A stretch of DNA of 64,000 nucleotides from an uncultured bacterium (GTDB taxonomy: Bacteria > Babelota > Babeliae > Babelales > Babelaceae). Both the position numbers and the translations under genes were made by a program. The stretch covers positions 544,001 to 608,000 of the forward strand of contig OY970209.1 in the NCBI GenBank assembly GCA_963713855.1, written 5' to 3'. Below are positions 20,019 through 30,128 of the stretch, one piece after another. Each line of letters starts with the position of its first letter. The first letter of the stretch is position 1. Under the pieces are notes generated by a model, which saw nothing but the letters and a program-made list of their open reading frames with translations, had not been told where the DNA came from and did not search any database.

Positions 20019-21608
20019 TTAAAGTATCTTTTCGTGGATGAGCATTTTTTGAGCTATTTTTTCAAAAAGAGGTACCGCTGTTGACGCAGCGGTCGCCTCT
20101 TTTTTTTCCGTTTCTTTAATAAATGTAACGACTATTCTTTTATAAGCGTCCTTTTCGATAAGCCCTATAAAGGTAAAAATATTGTGCGAGGGCTGATAGA
20201 CACCATCAACAAGAAGGTTAGCAGTTCCTGTTTTGCCCAAAATAGTGTATCCGTTAATGCGCGCACGCTGTGCAGTTCCTCGGGTAATAGTCTTATGAAG
20301 GATAGCTCGCAACGTGTCGACGGTTTTTTGTGAATAGAGGGTTTGAGAAAAGGTGGTTTTTTGTGCCTCGGGGCTCAGTATAAGACGAGGCGTTACCATT
20401 GCTCCTTTAAGTGCGACGAGTGAAAACGCTCTTGCAAGTTGTAAGAGCGTTGCACGTATTTCGTACCCGAATGAAAGGGAAAAAATACTCAGCTTAGACC
20501 ATCGCTCGGGGGGATTTACAAAACCTTTTTGCTCTCCGGGAACTTCTATGCCTGTTTTTTTTCCAAAGCCACAGCGACGGTAATGTTTATAAAGAGCAGG
20601 ACCGATTCTCTGTGCAACTTTTGAAGTTCCAATGTTGTTTGAAAGCTCTATTACTTGAGAAAAGGTCAATAGCCCATGCGGTTTTAACGTATTGACTTTA
20701 AACCCTTTGATGGTGGTGCTTTTAGTGTTTTCGCAATCAATGATCTCATCCGAATTGACAGAATTTTCTTCAAGTGCTGCAAGTGCTAAAAAGATTTTAA
20801 TGACAGATCCAAGCTCATAGGTATCGGTAAGCAGTTTATTTTTACTTCTTTCAACATCGTTATTTTCAAGAGGCCTATTTGGGTCAAAGTTAGGGTATTG
20901 AGCCATGGCGAGTATGTCGCCCGTTGTCGGATCCATAATTAGTGCGGCAGCTTCCTGTGCTTTAAGTTTGTTGGCTGCTGCTTTTATTTCTTCAAATGCT
21001 AAAAATTGTAAACTCGCATCAATGGTCAGCCTGACGGGTGATGGATGAGTGTCTTTTTGTCCGGTTAAAAGGTCATCATACGCTTTTTCAATGCCAGAAA
21101 TGCCATGATTGTCAGAATCGGTTATTCCGATAACAGGCCCTACTGATTCTACAGGGTAAAACCGTTTTTTTTCTGGCACATACTTTATCTCGTTAAAAAG
21201 ACTTTGACTTATGCATGATCTATCTTTTTCATCGATATGCCTTTTTACGTACATAAACTGGGTATGAGCTAAAGCTTCTCTGCTTTGCATTAATTGCTTA
21301 TAGGCACGAGGAAAATGTTCTGCCAAAAATGTGCTTATTTTTAAAAGACTTGCATCTGATAGCTTACTGGGGATAATAAAAGCACTTAACGACGGAACGG
21401 TAAGCGCTAAAGTTTTCCCGTTTCTGTCGACGATTTCAGCCCTTTCATATACTAAAGTATTTCGTTTGTGCATGTTGTCAGGAAGAGCATGGAGTAAGGA
21501 GCCATGGCTTACTTGCAAAGTGTAGAGGGTTGCTATGATTAGACCATAACACATGACAAAAAAGAAAAAAATAAAGTTAAGTCTTTGCTTTTGAGCTGTC
21601 GTCATCAT
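20019..21608 (-). CDS. ftsI: Class B penicillin-binding protein (FtsI/PBP2-like)
   Basis: RAEIVDRNG, SxxK (SVIK), SNN, KTG; downstream of an ftsL-like ORF. Confidence 0.85.
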   Translation of the reverse strand: MMTTAQKQRLNFIFFFFVMCYGLIIATLYTLQVSHGSLLHALPDNMHKRNTLVYERAEIVDRNGKTLALTVPSLSAFIIPSKLSDASLLKISTFLAEHFPRAYKQLMQSREALAHTQFMYVKRHIDEKDRSCISQSLFNEIKYVPEKKRFYPVESVGPVIGITDSDNHGISGIEKAYDDLLTGQKDTHPSPVRLTIDASLQFLAFEEIKAAANKLKAQEAAALIMDPTTGDILAMAQYPNFDPNRPLENNDVERSKNKLLTDTYELGSVIKIFLALAALEENSVNSDEIIDCENTKSTTIKGFKVNTLKPHGLLTFSQVIELSNNIGTSKVAQRIGPALYKHYRRCGFGKKTGIEVPGEQKGFVNPPERWSKLSIFSLSFGYEIRATLLQLARAFSLVALKGAMVTPRLILSPEAQKTTFSQTLYSQKTVDTLRAILHKTITRGTAQRARINGYTILGKTGTANLLVDGVYQPSHNIFTFIGLIEKDAYKRIVVTFIKETEKKEATAASTAVPLFEKIAQKMLIHEKIL

Positions 21609-21877
21609 CAGCCCTTCGGTAAACTTTTCATGTTTTTTAATCTAAGCGGGACCATTCCTGCCTCCAATGCATATGCCTTAGCATTGCCATGGCTATTTAA
21701 ATGAGCCCGAGCACTAATTAACACGGTGCGGCGCTCAAGAAGAGCAGCACGTACCTTCTCATTTTTTTGCTTGGCATGCGCGTGCTTAATATAAAAATTG
21801 GACTTATATAGATATAAGCTTATTAGTAAAAGTTGAGTGATACCTATTGAGGTGATACATCTTTTGAGTGTGCGCAC
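21608..21877 (-). CDS. FtsL-like small membrane/coiled-coil protein
   Basis: 89 aa, single TM plus coiled coil ending ALEAGM, directly upstream of the PBP gene. Confidence 0.55.
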   Translation of the reverse strand: MRTLKRCITSIGITQLLLISLYLYKSNFYIKHAHAKQKNEKVRAALLERRTVLISARAHLNSHGNAKAYALEAGMVPLRLKNMKSLPKG

Positions 21878-22054
21878 ATTGTTGGCTTTCGTACTAATAT
21901 TCGCTCATAGAAATAACATATGAGAGGTTTTGATAGCAAGAATGGGGATCTTATAAAGCGAGATGATACGCAAGGAGCTCTTTTTTTAGCCATACTGTTG
22001 TTTATTTTTATCGACAATGAATAACATGACACTAAAAAAGGATAAGGAGAATCT

Positions 22055-22327
22055 ATGCTTATTTCGATTCGAAGCTGTAAGCACATCGCTTTTTTGTGTA
22101 TCATTTCCGCTCATTTTTGTACAAAAGCGGAGCAGCTAGAAAAACCAACAAAACCAGCATTGGAAAAAAGCATCAAAAAGAATAATCGAGTAGTTGCAAG
22201 ACCGAGGCACCAGAAAGCTGAACGTTCTTTTTTTAGGCGCGGATATGATAGAGTTGTAAGTGCCTTTGAAAAACTGATTCGCGCCTTGGGTTTTAGTAAA
22301 GAGGTAAAGCCGGTCTCTAAAAAGTAG
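22055..22327 (+). CDS. Hypothetical small exported basic protein
   Basis: SD aaggag, signal-peptide-like N-terminus, followed by a terminator. Confidence 0.6.
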   Translation: MLISIRSCKHIAFLCIISAHFCTKAEQLEKPTKPALEKSIKKNNRVVARPRHQKAERSFFRRGYDRVVSAFEKLIRALGFSKEVKPVSKK

Positions 22328-22357
22328 AAAAAAGGGGACAGGTCCGTCCCCTTTTTT
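22328..22357. terminator. Bidirectional intrinsic terminator
   Basis: aaaaaaggggac-aggtcc-gtcccctttttt between convergent genes. Confidence 0.75.
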
Positions 22358-22359
22358 AA

Positions 22360-24858
22360 TTAGAAATCTACAGCACCTGTAAAGTGTACTTCGCTTACGT
22401 TTTCACTCAAGCGCTTACGATGATCGAGCTTGAAGCCTACAGCGATGCTCATAGGCATAGGAGAACGAATTTTGACACCAAAACCAACTGATTGCCTAAA
22501 GTTGAAATTGTTGTTTTTGAGTAAACCTTGCTTAATGCCATCGATGCTTGAAGCACCCGGCGTATCCCATCCCGCACCCCCATCATAAAAGACAAGACCG
22601 GCTATGTTAAAGTCGCGTGTGATAGGAAAAACAAGCTCAGCATTCATCCAGAAGGCTTTTTTAGCGCCAATTGAGTCACCAAAAATAGTTGGACCGATTT
22701 GCCCGAATAAAAAGCCTCTGACGGTGGCAGGTCCACCTATATGGTACAATTCCCGATATGGGACGATATTTTTTCCAAGCTCCTGCACAATACCCATGTG
22801 ACCATGTAAGTGAAGAATAAGGTCATACTCATTGATAAGCGGTGTGTACCAATGTGCATCAGCATCCCATTTGATAAATCCAAAGCCATTCGTTTGAAGA
22901 GGTATACCCACCTTAAAAACGGATGACCAGAGGTAGCCCCTATTTGGCGTGATAGGATTGTTTCTGTAGTCTTGTACTGCTTGAGCACTCGTCCACAAAA
23001 GGTCACCCGGCTGGAATATGCGATCAATTGCTGTTTGAAATGCATCGGTAAAGTCTTGTGATCGCTCTTCCAAAGGTGGATGGCCGATTACACGTTCTTT
23101 ATATTTAATACGCTCAGCACCAATATCAAAAAGAACGTTCATGCCGCCAAAAAAGCTTGTGTTAAAACCAAGACTCGCTGATCCACCGGTTAATTCTTCA
23201 CGTGGGGCTTCGTTTACATGTCTAAAATCAGTATATGTTGATGTTCTATGAAAAAGATCAATGCCTGTTTGAATCGGTCTATCATACAACCAAGGGTTAA
23301 TTAAACTGAGCGCTATTTGGCGGTCTTGACGCGAAACGTAGGCTGATGCGTTATAGCGGATGCCTGTACCAAAAAGGTTTGTATCGTGCGCTCCGACACC
23401 AATCTGGATAGATCGGGCAGGTGACTGAAAGTCAGAGCCATCGCCACCGAGCTTAATATCAGCAAAAATACTTCCTGTGCGTACTTCTTGAAGCATTAGG
23501 TCAAGATCTGCGAGCGAGTCGGAAAGACGGGAAATTTTCCAGTTAACCCCACTACGAGGATCGAAGTAACCGAGTCGCTCTACGTTTGCGCGAGAATCAT
23601 CCATTGCGCGAGTTGTAATAAGGCTTCCTTCAGTAAGGGTCAATTCTCGCCGTATAACTTTTTCTCTCGTTTTACGGTGACCAATGATATTTATTTGATT
23701 AAGGAGCACTGGCTGACCGAGCGTGCTTAAAAATTGTAGATCGACCGTTCTTCTTTCTTCGTCAATTTTGTCAAACTTAACGTCGATATCAGCAAAAATG
23801 TATCCTTGTTGTCCCCATAATTGGCGTAAAATCTCAAGTGTCTGTCGGATCGCTTCGCTTGAGTAAAGATCACCAGGCGTTATCGGAATACGGTCAAGAA
23901 TTTCTGCTTCGCTACAAAGCTCATTGCTTTGCGCAGATACTGAACCAACCATGTACTGCTCACCCTCTGTAATATAAAAGGTGACAATAAAGTGGCACGG
24001 GCTTTTAGGATCGCGCTCTACTTTAACGTCATCAACGCGTGCGTATAAAAAGCCATTGCTCTTATAAAAGTGCTCAATAACATACGGATCATGATGTTTT
24101 GTAGCCTCGGGCTGATAGCTTCCTGATTTATCGAGGAAACTAAAGAGCCATTCAGGCCTTGTAAAAATAAGTTTTCTCAGCTTATTGCTTTGCACGCACT
24201 TATTTCCTACAAAGTGGACCTCTCTTATGTACGAGCGTGGACCTTCAATAATCAAAAAACGTATTTTTGCTCTGTTATTCTCGCCCGGAACAATTTCTGC
24301 GCTCACCTGCGCGTCGTGGTAGTCTTTTGCTCGGTATATTTTCTGAATACTCTCGGCAAGGTAGTCGAGCTCTTCCTCTTCAACGCCACGTAAATCGGGA
24401 AGTTGAAGCTGCTTTTCAATCTCTTCCCTTTTTAGGCTTTTATTTCCTTCAAAGACGATTTCATCAACAATATCCTTTTCCTCCAAAGTGATACAAAGTT
24501 CTAACTCTTCAGGCGATAGCACACGTGCACTTACCTGAATGTTCGGTTTAAAATAACCCATACCATACAAAGAGCGGATAAGTTCACTTGAAAGCTGCGG
24601 TTTAAAAACCTGCCCTACTCTGTAGGGAATCTTTGTATAGATTGCTTCGTCCGGTACGTTTTTGTTTCCTTTGATTATTATATTTGCAATTTTAAAAGTT
24701 TGTGGGGTTGGTGTTTCTGGTGCTATTTCTTGAGACAATTGAGCATGTAAAAAAGCAGAAGGCCAAGTTATAATACCTGCAAGCAGAATAATAAGTATCC
24801 AAGGCCACGCTTGAAGGGTGCGAGTGCTTGCCATAGCGGCTCCTACAACATCGTGCAT
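22360..24858 (-). CDS. bamA: Outer membrane protein assembly factor BamA
   Basis: POTRA-like repeats (IIIKGNKNV, FEGNKSL, FVGNKCV, KTREKVIRREL), VRGF motif, C-terminal Phe. Confidence 0.93.
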   Translation of the reverse strand: MHDVVGAAMASTRTLQAWPWILIILLAGIITWPSAFLHAQLSQEIAPETPTPQTFKIANIIIKGNKNVPDEAIYTKIPYRVGQVFKPQLSSELIRSLYGMGYFKPNIQVSARVLSPEELELCITLEEKDIVDEIVFEGNKSLKREEIEKQLQLPDLRGVEEEELDYLAESIQKIYRAKDYHDAQVSAEIVPGENNRAKIRFLIIEGPRSYIREVHFVGNKCVQSNKLRKLIFTRPEWLFSFLDKSGSYQPEATKHHDPYVIEHFYKSNGFLYARVDDVKVERDPKSPCHFIVTFYITEGEQYMVGSVSAQSNELCSEAEILDRIPITPGDLYSSEAIRQTLEILRQLWGQQGYIFADIDVKFDKIDEERRTVDLQFLSTLGQPVLLNQINIIGHRKTREKVIRRELTLTEGSLITTRAMDDSRANVERLGYFDPRSGVNWKISRLSDSLADLDLMLQEVRTGSIFADIKLGGDGSDFQSPARSIQIGVGAHDTNLFGTGIRYNASAYVSRQDRQIALSLINPWLYDRPIQTGIDLFHRTSTYTDFRHVNEAPREELTGGSASLGFNTSFFGGMNVLFDIGAERIKYKERVIGHPPLEERSQDFTDAFQTAIDRIFQPGDLLWTSAQAVQDYRNNPITPNRGYLWSSVFKVGIPLQTNGFGFIKWDADAHWYTPLINEYDLILHLHGHMGIVQELGKNIVPYRELYHIGGPATVRGFLFGQIGPTIFGDSIGAKKAFWMNAELVFPITRDFNIAGLVFYDGGAGWDTPGASSIDGIKQGLLKNNNFNFRQSVGFGVKIRSPMPMSIAVGFKLDHRKRLSENVSEVHFTGAVDF

Positions 24859-24926
24859 ATACTATTGTGGTCTAGACTCTCTTATGATACCCTTTTTGTT
24901 AAAATTAGCTAGAAAGTATCTAAAAA

Positions 24927-26270
24927 ATGCCTACTACCATAAATCTTTTATCTCTGACTAATACGTTGTCCGGTACGAAAGAGGTCTTTAAGCCGTTAAA
25001 GCCAGATGAGGTAAAGCTGTATGTGTGTGGGATTACGCCCTATGACTATGCGCATATCGGGCATGGTAGATGCTATGTGACTTTCGATATTTTATACAGG
25101 CTTCTCACCCTTCTAGGTTTTACGGTAAGCTATTGCCGCAATTTTACTGACATCGACGATAAGCTTCTCAATCGTGCCCGTTGCGAATACGATGATCAAA
25201 CTAAGTATACTGAGGTTGCTCAAAAGTACATAGATGCCTTTCAGGAAGACATGACAGCACTGGGTTGCTTGTCGCCAACCTATGAACCACGAGTTACAAA
25301 TACTATTCCTGAAATTATAACTTTTATTGAAGGACTTGTGGCTAAAAGACATGCGTATGTCGTAGAAGGCGATGTTTACTATAGCATTGAGAGTTTTTCC
25401 CCATACGGAAAACTTTCTAAAAGAAACGTCGATGAAATGATTGCGGGTGCTCGTGTTTTGGTAAATGATAAAAAACGAAACCCTCTCGATTTTGCGTTAT
25501 GGAAGTGCGAAGCAGAAGGCACATTTTGGAAAAGTCCGTGGGGATATGGTAGGCCTGGATGGCATATCGAATGTTCGGCAATGGCTTTCAAATACCTTGG
25601 TGACCAGCTTGATATTCACGGGGGAGGAATGGATCTTATTTTTCCCCATCATGAAAATGAGATCGCTCAATCTGAGGGTCTCCTTAAAAAGTCGTTTGTG
25701 CGTTATTGGGTACATAACGCTTTTGTCCGCATTAATCAGGAGAAGATGTCAAAGTCGCTCCAAAATTTTTTAACGCTTAAAGACCTTTTTAGTCAATTTA
25801 AGCCCGAAGTCGCGCGCTATCTGTTTCTGCAACATCATTATAGAAGCCCACTTGATTTTGCACTTGACGAATTACCCTCGATTGAAAAGAGTTATCAACG
25901 CCTACAAAAGCTTTTTGAAGGCACCGTTTTAGAAAAAAAGCTTTCTTTCGATGAGCTAAAGCCGATAGCACGGCGTATGGTAACGTTTTTGTGTGATGAT
26001 TTAAATACTCCCGGAATGCTTGGAGTTGTCTTTGAGCATGCTAAAGAAATACAAGAGGATGCCGTCTTAAAAAAACAGGCCTACTATATTCTTAAGCAGA
26101 TTGCTGGTTGCGCGCTAAGCCCTCTGGAGGAAAAAGTAATCACTCCCCAGATACAGCTTATCTTGCAACAAAGAGAAGAAGCGCGCAAAAAGAAAGATTG
26201 GCAAACGGCAGATGCATTGCGAGATCAGCTTAAAGCTCTCGGCTTTGACGTGCAAGATAAAAAACTCTGA
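24927..26270 (+). CDS. cysS: Cysteine--tRNA ligase
   Basis: YVCGITPYDYAHIGH, GRPGWHIECSAM, FPHHENE, KMSKS. Confidence 0.98.
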   Translation: MPTTINLLSLTNTLSGTKEVFKPLKPDEVKLYVCGITPYDYAHIGHGRCYVTFDILYRLLTLLGFTVSYCRNFTDIDDKLLNRARCEYDDQTKYTEVAQKYIDAFQEDMTALGCLSPTYEPRVTNTIPEIITFIEGLVAKRHAYVVEGDVYYSIESFSPYGKLSKRNVDEMIAGARVLVNDKKRNPLDFALWKCEAEGTFWKSPWGYGRPGWHIECSAMAFKYLGDQLDIHGGGMDLIFPHHENEIAQSEGLLKKSFVRYWVHNAFVRINQEKMSKSLQNFLTLKDLFSQFKPEVARYLFLQHHYRSPLDFALDELPSIEKSYQRLQKLFEGTVLEKKLSFDELKPIARRMVTFLCDDLNTPGMLGVVFEHAKEIQEDAVLKKQAYYILKQIAGCALSPLEEKVITPQIQLILQQREEARKKKDWQTADALRDQLKALGFDVQDKKL

Positions 26271-26366
26271 CCCAACTGTAAGGTACATTTTTGGGCTTGC
26301 GTACTGACGCTTGCGATACTATACTATGCCCAATCGAAGTTAGCCTTGTATGAAGGAGGATATACC

Positions 26367-26870
26367 ATGACCGCAAAGAATTTTTTGTCCTTTCTTATAG
26401 CAGTGGCCACTATCTCTTTTTTTCCCTTACATTCCTACATTCCCATTGAAGAGCTAGTGGATCTTGAGACCTCAATTGAACTTGCGGATCATCTTGATGC
26501 TGCCACTTTAAATGCCCTCCTCAAATCCTGCTTTTCGGCGCTTGCTCCCGCGATAGAGGAAATGCGCAAAGAATCTGAAAACAGTCAAACCCGGATGCAC
26601 GCCGCAAGAAACCTTATTGCCTTAATTCCTGATGTCTTTGACGATGTAAATCTTTATTTTGAGGCTGAGTTTCAGTGGAAGGAATACCATGACAGAGCTA
26701 TTACCGTAAGCGCTGGTTTGCTATCTCGTAAGTATTTTACCGATCTAATTAAGATAATTGAGACAATTAGGCACATTAAGGCTTTTGCTCCAGAATTTTA
26801 CCAAAAAAGGAGCGCCTTTACTGCTCGTATAGATAGCTTAGGTCTTTTCTTAAAGGAAAATCAGACTTAA
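26367..26870 (+). CDS. Hypothetical exported protein
   Basis: SD aggagg, signal peptide. Confidence 0.7.
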   Translation: MTAKNFLSFLIAVATISFFPLHSYIPIEELVDLETSIELADHLDAATLNALLKSCFSALAPAIEEMRKESENSQTRMHAARNLIALIPDVFDDVNLYFEAEFQWKEYHDRAITVSAGLLSRKYFTDLIKIIETIRHIKAFAPEFYQKRSAFTARIDSLGLFLKENQT

Positions 26871-26895
26871 AAAACATGGGACTTTAAGCTAGGAA

Positions 26896-27210
26896 GAGTC
26901 CAAAAAGTAAGCCAAAGAGAAATAAACGCCTACGCGTCATAAGAGTCAATACTATGACTCTTATGAGGACATTGTCCTGCACCTATTGCTTGTTTTGCGT
27001 GTTACATACTTATTGTGTATGGGATAGACCGGAAAATCCGGTCTATCCCATTAGCACATATACCAGAAAGGGAACCCCTTTCTGGTAAAATAAATCTACG
27101 TAAAAAGTTTAAGAAGGGTGTGGGTCAAGTCATAAAGCCTGGGTCAAGGGTGTCTACCCTTGCGCTCGCCGCGTAGGCGTACTTCCCTCATCTTTATGTG
27201 GGCATAGAAC
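26896..27210. repeat. Modular multi-hairpin palindromic element, copy 2
   Basis: Same module order as copy 1 (acgcctacgcg ... gatagaccggaaaatccggtctatc ... ataccagaaagg ... cgcgtaggcgt), between convergent genes. Confidence 0.85.
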
Positions 27211-27531
27211 CTAACCGAGATGCTCTTCAATGCGAGCTTTAAGATCGTCCTTAGCGATATAGCCCATGTGGCGCCAGACCACTTTCTTGTTTTTTATAAA
27301 TACAATCGTCGGCACAGAGGTGACATTAAATTGTATAGCTAAATCACGGGCCTCATCAACATTAAGCTCAGCAAAAATGTATGCGTCGCCTAATTCGTGA
27401 GCTAAAGCCTGAAAATGTGGCTTTAAAAGCATGCACGGACCACACCAAGTTGCGAAAATATCGATGATAACGGGCTTTTTTGTTTGTTCTAAGACGTTGC
27501 TAGCGTTTTGGTTACTTAACGTTGTGAGCAT
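27211..27531 (-). CDS. trxA: Thioredoxin
   Basis: WCGPC active site, SVPT cis-Pro motif. Confidence 0.93.
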   Translation of the reverse strand: MLTTLSNQNASNVLEQTKKPVIIDIFATWCGPCMLLKPHFQALAHELGDAYIFAELNVDEARDLAIQFNVTSVPTIVFIKNKKVVWRHMGYIAKDDLKARIEEHLG

Positions 27532-27763
27532 AAGATCTTTACCTTAAAAATAGCTAATGATTAGGATACTGTGCAGTCTACCGTTGTCGATTTTAAAACG
27601 CAATAGATTGTGATGCGGGTCAGCATAGGAGCCGGTTATCAAACGGGGATTTGCGGCTTTTAGTAGATCGCAATTATGCAAAAAAGCCATATAACACATG
27701 CAAAACTCTTGCTATACTTAACTAGTCCTTCTTACACTGACACGTAACCCTTAAGGAGCATCT

Positions 27764-28456
27764 ATGTATCATGAAACTGTAGCAAGCCAAGAGCACGTAA
27801 AGAATCTTTTTTATCGCGTATATGCGTGGATGACTGGAGCGCTTTTAGTTACAGCAGCTACTTCTTATGCTGTTATAATGACGCCCAGCTTAGTCTATAC
27901 ATTATGGTCAAATACGTGGCTTATAGTTTCCCTAATAGCCGTTCAGCTTATTGTTGTTATAGTTTTTTCAAGCAAGCTGCCAACTCTGTCTTATAGAACA
28001 GCTTTGAGCCTTTTTCTTGCATACGTCATACTGAGTGGTGTGACGCTGTCGGCGGTTTTACTGGTTTACCCTATCATAACTATCCTTCGCGCCCTCATTG
28101 TTACAGGTGGCATGTTTGCCTCCGCGGCCGTTTATGGATATTTTACAGACACCGATCTTTCTAAGATGCGGTCTCTTCTTACGATGGCGCTCTTTGGGTT
28201 TATCATAGCTTTATTGGCAAATCTGTTTTTACAAAGTACGCTGTTTGATTTTATAATCTCCTGCGTTGGGGTAGTTCTTTTTACTGTCTTGACTGCTTTT
28301 GATGTTAATGCAATCAAGCGGTACGCAGATCAAATAGAAGAGGGTACTGAAGACTATAATAAGGTTGCCTTGCTAGGGGCTTTAAAGCTCTATCTCGATT
28401 TTGTTAACCTCTTTCTTAACATACTAAGGCTTATGGGCGGTGGCCGTAAAAAGTAG
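27764..28456 (+). CDS. Bax inhibitor-1/YccA family membrane protein
   Basis: Seven TM segments, VYAWM, ALKLYLDFVNLF. Confidence 0.93.
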   Translation: MYHETVASQEHVKNLFYRVYAWMTGALLVTAATSYAVIMTPSLVYTLWSNTWLIVSLIAVQLIVVIVFSSKLPTLSYRTALSLFLAYVILSGVTLSAVLLVYPIITILRALIVTGGMFASAAVYGYFTDTDLSKMRSLLTMALFGFIIALLANLFLQSTLFDFIISCVGVVLFTVLTAFDVNAIKRYADQIEEGTEDYNKVALLGALKLYLDFVNLFLNILRLMGGGRKK

Positions 28457-28479
28457 CGCATGAGGGACTGGAGGGGGTA

Positions 28480-30108
28480 ATGAACATTCGTAAGGTTGCA
28501 ATTTTATGGCTGGCGAGTTTGTATCTTCCCATAGCTTGTCAACCCGAGAAAGTTGCCACACGTAGAGACGGCCCAGAAAATGAAGAAGCGGTCATTAATT
28601 TAGTTGAAGAGGGCGTTCAATTTTTGCAAACTCATACGGTCGATGAGGTATGCGTTGACTTTACGTATAATCCCCGGTGGCGCGAACCGGACACAAAGCT
28701 TTTTCTTATAGACGAGCGCAATAGAATATGGTGTATCCGGGATGAACCCAACCTTATCTGGAAAATACTTGAACACAAAGCGACTCTGCTTTTGGGTAAT
28801 ATTCCATACGCGATGCGTGAACGTGGTGTTCAAGGGGGTTGGCTTTCATTTTTGTGGAATGAACAATTAGTACGTGTTTACGTTAAAAACGTGACAAAAG
28901 GTCGACGCACCTTTACTATGGGAGCCTTTCTGTTTTCTGAAGGGCCACGCCAGCAAGTGAAAGAGCTTGTTTTTACAGCAAGAAATCTCCTAAAACAAGT
29001 GGGGTTAAATACTGCTATTGAACGAATCAGTAGCCCAACGGGTCAATTTTTGCGCGGATCCTTCTCGGTCGCTCTTTACGATTACGATGGGATATGTTTG
29101 GCAAATTCTTACAATCTGACGTGCGTAGGATCTCGAGCACAAGATCGTATTGATGATTCGGGAAAGCAAGCTTTTGAAAAGTATGTACATGTAACAAAAT
29201 CAGCTCCTTACGGATGGGTTGACAGCGTCTATAACGGTATTCGTGAGCGAATGTTCGTTGCCCGTTTTACCTATCCAAATGCACCAGCGCATAGGTTTTA
29301 TATTCTTACCTCAGGCTATTACCCACAGGTAAACGATGAGTTTGTTGTTTCAATGACCCACGAAGCTAAAGCCGTTATGGAACGCGAAGGCGCTGAAAAA
29401 GCGTTTGCTATTTTTTCTCCTGTGACCGGTCACAACCCTTTTTATAAAGCTCGTTTATATTTAGTCGTCTATGATGAAAAAGGCGTAATAAAGGCACATA
29501 GTCGATTTCCTTCTTTAGTGGGGGTAAACGCTTATTACCAAAAGGGTCAAGCGGGTTATTTCTTAACCCAGAGAATCCTTAATGCCGTTTCTAAGAAAGA
29601 CCAAGGCTGGGCATTTATTTATATTAGAAATGCTGCAGAACTTGTTTATGTGCAGCGTGTTACATTACCTGAAGGAACCTTTATCGTAACGATACAAGGC
29701 TATTCGCCGCTTGATAAAGAGCACACGTCAGCGGCTATAGTTGAATGGCTATGCGGCAGATTGACTGTTGAGCAGCCATTATTACTGTTTCACTCACTAA
29801 ACCGTGGTGCTGCTGTATGGAATCTTGGCTTCAAGGGAACAGGCCAAGCCAATATTTACAGCGACCTTTTTATTGAGATTTATGATAAGCATGATTTTTG
29901 TGTGTCAGCTGGGGCGCAGGTACATAAGATGTGGAAGAAAATGGATGACGGCTTTAAGCACAGCCTGTCTAAACTAAAGCGTGCTTCAAAGCCCGAAGGC
30001 TGGTTTTACGATAAAGTCGGCGGTTTAACGCGTAGGTACTATATAAAAAATTGCGTATTAAGCTCCGGAGACTCGTATTCCATTTTTGTTGGATACGTCT
30101 GGCCTTAG
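28480..30108 (+). CDS. Exported multi-Cache-domain protein 1
   Basis: Signal/lipoprotein N-terminus; repeated sCache_2-like units (helix, YDxxGxxxA[NH], VG, GWV, GYYP). Confidence 0.75.
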   Translation: MNIRKVAILWLASLYLPIACQPEKVATRRDGPENEEAVINLVEEGVQFLQTHTVDEVCVDFTYNPRWREPDTKLFLIDERNRIWCIRDEPNLIWKILEHKATLLLGNIPYAMRERGVQGGWLSFLWNEQLVRVYVKNVTKGRRTFTMGAFLFSEGPRQQVKELVFTARNLLKQVGLNTAIERISSPTGQFLRGSFSVALYDYDGICLANSYNLTCVGSRAQDRIDDSGKQAFEKYVHVTKSAPYGWVDSVYNGIRERMFVARFTYPNAPAHRFYILTSGYYPQVNDEFVVSMTHEAKAVMEREGAEKAFAIFSPVTGHNPFYKARLYLVVYDEKGVIKAHSRFPSLVGVNAYYQKGQAGYFLTQRILNAVSKKDQGWAFIYIRNAAELVYVQRVTLPEGTFIVTIQGYSPLDKEHTSAAIVEWLCGRLTVEQPLLLFHSLNRGAAVWNLGFKGTGQANIYSDLFIEIYDKHDFCVSAGAQVHKMWKKMDDGFKHSLSKLKRASKPEGWFYDKVGGLTRRYYIKNCVLSSGDSYSIFVGYVWP

Positions 30109-30128
30109 GAAAAAACGGGGGATATAGC

